A model generated the notes under the pieces. It had not been told where the DNA came from, ran no database searches, and saw only the letters and a program-made list of their open reading frames with translations. A stretch of 64,000 bases of DNA from Glaucostegus cemiculus (taxonomy: Eukaryota). The first letter of the stretch is position 1, and the number at the start of each line of letters is the position of its first letter. Both the position numbers and the translations under genes were made by a program. Shown here one piece after another: positions 1 to 64,000 of this stretch. Where the stretch lies: NCBI GenBank assembly GCA_976551045.1, contig CDPCPM010000029.1:17732001-17796000 (forward strand), written 5' to 3'.

Positions 1-361
1 ATCTCTGTGAACGGAGGTGGGGGTGAGACCAGAAGTACGAGAAACAGAGATGTGAGATGGAATCCATCAACCACAGTAGAAGGGATGCTACATTTCCTGA
101 AAAAGGGTGACATTTCAGATGTCTTGGAATGGAAAGCCTCATCAGATGCGGCAGAGACAAAGAAACTGGGAGAAAAGGATGGCATCCTTATAAGAGGCAA
201 GCCGGAAAGACGTGTAGTCTACGTAGCTGTGAAGAGTCAGTGGGTTTGTAGCAAATATCAGTGGATAGTCTGTCTCCTGACGTGGAGACAGAGAGATCTA
301 GAAAAGGGAGAGCGTGTCAGAAATGGTCCACGTGAATTTGAGACCAGGGTGGAAGTTAATG
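1..361 (-). mobile_element. Penelope-like retroelement RT fragment, degraded
   Basis: Minus strand reads, with frameshifts, NFHPGLKFTWTISDTLSPFLDLSVSTSGDRLSTDI..KPTDS.SY.DYT....DAI.FSQFL, the C-terminal RT/thumb motif string of Penelope-like elements. Confidence 0.8.
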
Positions 362-364
362 TTT

Positions 365-1060
365 CCATGCCAAAACCAAGATCCTCCCCCAACCTCAGTC
401 ATCAATTTATAGTACGCAAATGGTGCTTCCATACATGTATATTTGGGGGCCGAGCTTCAAGACATCGTTGACTTTTACACTTAAGCATATTGGTCTCACA
501 CAAAGGTTCTTTACCAGGCCAACCTTGGTGCTAAACAGCACCCATAAACAATTGCAATAAATGATGAGACACTGGAAAATAAAAATCACTTTTCATATCT
601 TATGAGTCACCTTCCAGCAGTCATCGGTGATAAAATTCACTACTGTCTCCAATACTTCAGCACGGTTTTCAGGCCAACAAAAGAAAAGAGCATTCCAAGA
701 TGCCAAATCTGGCATTAAGCTGATGATTTACTTTGCAGCACCGACTCCACACTTAGTTCGAAGACGTGAACAAACTCAAAGCACTGCAGAGGTACCTCCA
801 ATGCTGCCTCTGAAAAATCTTATAAATTCATTGTCAAAAGAAAAAACAAAGTCCATATCCTGTGCCAGGTGAACAGTCCCAGCACGGAGAATCTGAACAC
901 ACTTGAACTTGTATCAATGGGTGGATCCATATCACTTGCATGCCTACACCACAGGGGTTTCCTTTAAAAAGGTAATATTCTTAATAGTTTCTGGGAATCC
1001 CTGGCCCTTATTGCTCAGAATGATGAGAGACTCTCAGCAGGCACTGAGCACGTCACTATG
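365..1060 (+). mobile_element. RTE-clade LINE RT C-terminal remnant, heavily degraded
   Basis: Broken peptides ETLEN..HF.YL.SHL, IHY.LQ..S, KRAFQD, KLMIY.AA, KALQRYLQCCL.K resemble the RTE ORF C-terminus. Confidence 0.6.
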
Positions 1061-3367
1061 ACGCTAGCAAGTGGAGGCTATGCAAACAACAAAAGCAACA
1101 GGCAACATCTCAAACAACCCACCCATATGCCCTATCAAGCCTCACCTGCCTTTGAATTCAGTGCAAGATTCTTCAGCCATTTCAGAATCCTAAGGGCTGG
1201 AGTGGACACATTATTTTTAACCCCAAGGACTGCCTAAGAAGAAAATGATTCAAGGGATCCCTACAACAGTAGTTAATGTAACCCGACAACTTCTCCTAAT
1301 AAAATCAGTAGTTTTTCCAGCCAAGTGCAATTTGAGGATTAGTTATATCACTAAGATTAGATTGGTAAAACCAATGTACGCACAGGGTGTGATTCACAAT
1401 GGAATTAAAGCTATCGTCTCCATTCTGGCATTCAATAGCCATTTCACCACATGAAGAAATTTCTTGCTAGCCCTGTTTCTGTGGTTCTTAGGAAGAATGA
1501 AGTGGCATAAATCAACCAGGTCAGTCATGGCAAATATCAATGTCTCCCAGATTTGCTAGTGATTACACATTCAATAACATGTCTACCCAGAAAATGATAT
1601 TAACCAAGCAAGACCACAAGCATGTGCATCATCCATTCCACAAATGTGTCTCGACCCAAAAGGTTGTCTGTCCATTTCCCTCCACAGATGCTGCCTGACC
1701 TGCTGAGTTCCTCCAGCTTTTTGTGTATTACCAATAACTGTTGGATTTTTCCAGAATCTAAGGAACTTTAAAAGATCATTACCAAGGCATCTGGTATTAC
1801 TGCACCCGCCTCTTTTAGAACCTTGTGATAAAACTATTGAGTTGATGGGATTTGACTAGTTTTAATCCTCTTTATTTTTCCAGTACTTTCTCTTTAATTA
1901 CTTTAAATTCCTCACAGTCATTAGGTTCGTGATTACACTCCATTTCTGCTAGTTATTGTTTCAATGACAATAAGTATAAAATATTTATTTCATGCCTTTG
2001 TCATTCCTTTACCCACCCCCCATATAACGTCACTGCCTCAATGAGCCCTCTATTCATTTTGCTACACCACTTTTCTATAATCATTATTTCTTCTTACATC
2101 CAAATGTTATCTTTTCTCTGTTTACTAATTTCTTTGATCATACGTCGATGCTTCATAAATCTCCTCCCAATATCTTACTTACTCTCATTACAATTTTATT
2201 AGCCTCTTCTTTTAATCTAACATTATCTCTAACTTCCTTCATGGAGTTACCTCTCACTGAGAATTTGGAAATATTTCTTTCCATGCTTACCATTGTTTAC
2301 CTATTGCATTTTAATCTAACATCAACCTACTTCAGTCGAATCATCGCTCATCCCTCATTGCATTTATTTAAATTGAAGACTTTAGTTTTGGAATTATGGA
2401 CCTCAATGGAATTGAAGCTGCCGGAGCTGTCAAGAGCTGAAATAAATAGTGGAAGCTTTTGATCTGATTAACTGCATTTAAGCCAAGGTTTGGGTGCACT
2501 GGAAGGTAAGCTTTTGCTTCTTTCCCATCATACCAGGATTAGAGCTTTCAATAAGTTTTTTCTGTAGTGTTGAGGACCTTCTTGGCTAGATAATTGGCTC
2601 CTGTAAAGTACCCTTTGGTGTAGGATAATAGCCAAAACAATCAAAGGAGAATTATGTGAGAAAGAATAATTTCCAGGGATATAGGGGAATGAGGGGGCTA
2701 GGGTGGGGGGTGGTAAATGGAACTGCTCCAGAGAGCAGACATAGACTTGCACACACATGTGCAGTGACCATGTGTTGTGTGCACAGCCACCCACATATCA
2801 TGCAACATGTGCACACCCACAGATCATGTGACACACACAGAACACGTGCATACACAAACACAGACTTTTCCCTCGGCCTTCTCAGCACGATTCCCACCCT
2901 CCCTCAGTCTCCCTTCCTCTCACTTCACTCAGCTCTCCCCTCAACCCAGCCTCCACTAGCTTTCCAGTTGCCAGCCATCACCCTTTTCAAGAGTATAACT
3001 TTAAGGCCACTCCCAATGGACAATTGCCCTCCCTGTCCTAGCAACCACAAATGCCAAAGCCTGCAACCTAGCCAAGATGCCCAGGCTACAACCCATGAGA
3101 AGCATGGTTGCCTCGGCAATGTAGGCTTAAAAAGAAAAGTAGACATTACTGTGGTACAAAGGACCCAGGCCACTCTCCTGAGTTCATTTTATCCCAACTA
3201 CTCCTACTTCCTGGGACTGATGTTTAAGCCAAACACAGAAAACTGGACAAGATCCTTGTGGAAGTAGAACAGTGCCAGAAACAAACAGAGATGGTGCCAA
3301 ATGACAGCCCAATTCTCAATGGAGTGTGAGCTTAGGTGACTTTCTTCAAGTACCACTTTCAAATGCA

Positions 3368-3585
3368 AACATAGAATGTACAACAGCACAGCACAGTAAC
3401 AGGCCCTTCGGCCCACAATGTCTGTGCCGAACATGATGCCAAATTACACTAAATCTCTTCTGCCTGCACATGATCCATTATCCCTCCATTCCCTGCATGT
3501 TCAGGTGTCTATTTAAAGCCTTTTAAACATCACTATTGTATCTGCTTCCACCACTACCACCCAGTTCCAGGCAGCTGCCACTCTA
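3368..3585 (-). mobile_element. CR1 LINE 3' end
   Basis: catagaa...cagcacag..acaggcccttcggcccaca: reverse complement of the CR1 3' terminus seen at several other loci here. Confidence 0.75.
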
Positions 3586-3769
3586 AAAGTCACCTCAAAA
3601 TAGAAACATACTTTCTTCTCCAGTTGTATTGTTTTAAAATATTTTAAATAATTAAGCCATTTAATGTCTAACTAACTTTTTTACAAGACCTAAAACTAGT
3701 TCTTTTCTCTTATCATCCTGCTCAATTAGTTAGTTTAATTTTCTTGAAAAAAAATCAAGTTGTACTTAC

Positions 3770-60740
<56,971 letters not shown>

Positions 60741-62310
60741 GATGACACCCTTCTTCACCAAGCAGGGATTACTACCTGGAGAAATGCGGCGCCTGGTTAC
60801 AGTGCTAACAGGTGCTGAAGCTGCATGAAAACACAAGGGAAAAAAATTATTTTTGATAATTAGCCAGCAAAGAGTGAGTGAAGCAGTATTGCAAGCTTCA
60901 TAAAATGGACAATAGAAGGTTACACCACTTTGAACAACAAATTTAAGTTTCTACATTATTCTTAAAAATCTTGGATTTCCTACTTCACAGAAAGCTGGGA
61001 ATAGGAGTCCTCATGGCCAACCTAATGAGTGACACTGCAAAAAGTAGGGCCACATAATTAGACCAGGGTCTGGGGGTATTTGAAGTTAGAATGAAGACAA
61101 CATGATGATCTAAAAATCTTTTGTAGATGCACCAAGGGGCTTGGCAAGGTTGAAGAAAGGAGTTTGTGGATCTCTGTCTGGAGGAGAAAATATCCTTGAT
61201 TTGGATTTCACAGTCATGATGGGGAGACAACAGTATGGCAGGAAATGACCAAGAGGTGAAAGGTAACCTCAGTGACAGTTTGAGAAAGTAAGCACAGATT
61301 GTGATCAGAGAGGACCATCAAGATTCAATATGTCCAGAATTAGCTTTAGTGGGCAGCAAAAAAAGCAGAACATGATAGTTTTTGTATATAGTCCCCATTT
61401 TAGAAACAAATTCAGAAGCTTTTTTTCAAAATTTAGTATCAAACTTGGGAAGAAGTGAAATGGAAGCAGGTGATCAGCACAGAGAATACCTAATTGAGGA
61501 AGCAAGTATGAATTACTCTTAACTTCCGCAATATATTTGGCAAACAGGATTTTGTGTAAAAAGGGTACATATTAACTGCTCAAACTGATATAGGTCACAC
61601 AGGATGGATTATATTTAATCCTAAAATTGTAGAATAGGAATGTAGTCAAGATCATACAGTAAGGATGGTTTGTGAGAGATCATCTAAGATGAAGAGGGAA
61701 CCAGATAACTAATGAAAATAATATTTTACAGCACTTCTATCATGAATACCATATGTAGCACTTCTAGGTGCATTAGGGAATAGAATTTCCTTCAGTAGAA
61801 AAGAGACATAGTAGAAAGGTTTGGAACATCAGAAGGTGGTGTTGGAGGAAGAGATGGCAGAATCTTTTCAAGAATGCAAGGACTATGCAAAAAGGATAAT
61901 GCAAACAAGAATGTCAAAGGAATTAGAAAAGGAAGATAATTTCATGCAAGAATTATTATTTTCAAGGACAAGTTTCCAGCAAAATCAGACAGAAGGCAGG
62001 AGAAAGAGGAAATTAAGAGAACAATTTCCATAGAGGTGATAAAGTAGTCACAGGAACAAACCTGAAATCACAAATCAGGCCAATTAAAACCTACAATACA
62101 GTGAGGAGACTTGCTTATGAATTTCTCCTCTCTCCATCAGTGTTTTCCTGACCTTATCTACTCTTCTCTCACTTGCTATTTCGGATATCACCAGCTAATA
62201 CTGCAGAACCTCAAGAATATTTCAGCTGAACCCATTAAATGACTTGCTGTTTGACACTACTCATGCAGCATTTTCTTGGTCCAGCACAAGTTGTAAGTAC
62301 ATACCTATAA

Positions 62311-62346
62311 CATAGCTTTGGTTGTATATATACAACCAAAGCTATG
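62311..62346. repeat. Perfect 36-bp palindrome
   Basis: catagctttggttgtata|tatacaaccaaagctatg. Confidence 0.97.
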
Positions 62347-62619
62347 GCTTGCACTCTCTCGCAATTGCTAGTAACATTTCTGATATACTGAGCAGTGCAT
62401 GTTATTCCAGTTTAAAAGACACATGGGAGCACATTTCAATCCATTAAGAATTACAGTACAGAATCTTCAAATTAACAAGTCATCACAAGGAACCAAATGT
62501 TTCAGCAATACAAAACAAGTTTTCAAATTTGAAATATGATGAAATAGCAATTAATCAAAGGGAATACATTTATTTACAAGTTATTATTCAGGATATAACA
62601 TTTCATTTGTCCTTATTTA

Positions 62620-63078
62620 GCTGTAAAATTAAAGGTGAGGCTATCAGACACACATCCAAAATCCTCCAAATGGATTCCTCACTCCTGATTAAGCAAAAGC
62701 AAATTAAAATTTACATCCTATTATGAAATTTCTCCATAGCATCACTGCCCATCATGTCCTCCAGCCTATGTGTGCTCCTCCAATTCTGGCCTCTACAGAT
62801 ATGCACCTTTAACTGCTCCACCAAGGGCAGTCAAGCTTTCAGTTGCCAAGGATTCAAACTCTGGATTTTCTACTCCCAAATTCTGAAAATCCACCACTAC
62901 CAAACCTGCATCCCTATACTGCTCTTTCTTCCTCCAAAACACTTTCAAAAACCTACCACTTTGATCTGCTGCATTGAGTCCTTAAGCAGCCTGGTGCCAA
63001 ATTTTGTTTCATAATGCTCAGAAGAACCATCAGGGCAATTTGCTACTATAAAGCACTATATAAATGTTAGCTACTGTG
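62620..63078 (+). mobile_element. L2-type LINE/SINE 3' remnant
   Basis: gctttcagttgccaagg..caaactctgga and tail aaagcactatataaatgttagctactgt resemble L2 3' ends. Confidence 0.55.
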
Positions 63079-64000
63079 CTCGCCATTACTGAAGTGCAAG
63101 GTGGGCTGCAACATTTGGAAGATGCGTTTATGCTTATAACTCTAAAATCATGAGTCTACTATCTTGATTGCTATGCTCCTCCAGAAAATGTTATATTTGT
63201 TTCCACCAACTGCGCACCCTCCCCAAGATATTTGTGACAGAAACACATACATAGTATACAGTTCATTTATTTTCATGATTCAGAACCACTAATCATTGCA
63301 ACATTATACATAGCTTTTTCTTTCAATCTGATACCATTCTTAACTTCCTTAGCCATGGATGGTGCATTCTTCTCTCTCTCTCATATACACATATAATGTA
63401 GTATTACTCTGCTGAAATGTATGAAGTATCCCCTTAAATGTTTGCCACTGCTGATCTAATGCCTTACCCTTTAACTTATTTTCCGTGTGCACTTTAGTCA
63501 ACTCCTTGAACAGTCTTTATTTATATTTAGGGCAGTAGTTTCTTACCCTCATATTGAATTTGACAATTCTGTCATGCTATCATCATTTATTCCTAACAAA
63601 TCCCAGATCTAAAATATATTAGGTTACATTCATTCCAGTTTATGTCAATTTATAAACTGTAATGCCCCTTAATTACTGCCAAATAACATTTCTGGTATCA
63701 AAAAGTAACTTTTAAAATTGTGGAGTCTCATTCTATCAGGTGGTAATTAGATATTCTCAAATATTAAAACATTCAATTACTTATATTACTTGTCTGTTTC
63801 TATTACTTCTCTGTTTCTCATGTTACCTTTCTTTCCCTAACATTATTTCACTTTCTGTACAAGATTTGGCACTGAATTAAATCATTCTGATTGATATTTA
63901 TTGTTTCAGAGCCTGCATATCACAGTGAGTTGAAGAACCCTCATGAATTGTTTAAGGAGATACATGATCACAAAGATTCCACAAACTCTGAAAGGGTGAG

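Noticed and set aside
7-471. 154-aa plus-strand ORF
   Set aside because: Antisense to a Penelope RT remnant and runs into an RTE fragment; non-ATG start
2656-3267. Longest ORF in the track (203 aa)
   Set aside because: Spans a SINE/CR1 tail and a CA-rich low-complexity tract; no recognisable domain; GTG start
1-3769. Next FRYL exon (expected ...PSPSSLFKHIVPMMRSE...)
   Set aside because: Looked for it by eye on the minus strand and did not find it; presumably lies beyond the window edge
60821-64000. FRYL promoter or first exon
   Set aside because: No CpG island or recognisable exon; the ATG exon has a clear splice acceptor, so the start lies further upstream

Overview
Eukaryotic (vertebrate) genomic DNA: AT-rich, CpG-poor and intron-dominated. 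The repeat content (CR1/L2/RTE LINE fragments, tRNA-derived V-SINE-type elements, Penelope remnants) looks like a cartilaginous fish; that is an inference, not a species call. The window lies within or next to one minus-strand gene, FRYL (Furry-like). I traced 22 coding exons with GT-AG boundaries and consistent phases, from the ATG at 60740 down to 3770 (2763 nt, 921 codons, including a 45-nt cassette exon). The gene continues below position 1, and its first exon(s) were not found. Almost all ORF-track entries are exon read-throughs or spurious. The unexplained structure is non-coding: a perfect 25-bp direct repeat bracketing the 45-nt exon, a ~150-bp-arm fold-back interlocked with a hammerhead-like relic, an 85-nt block-shuffled inverted repeat, several short perfect hairpins, inverted SINE pairs bracketing in-frame exon blocks, and an open in-frame 80-nt leader before the ATG. 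No prokaryotic-type system was seen. Exon coordinates were counted by hand, repeat boundaries are approximate, and all homology statements are from memory with no searches run.
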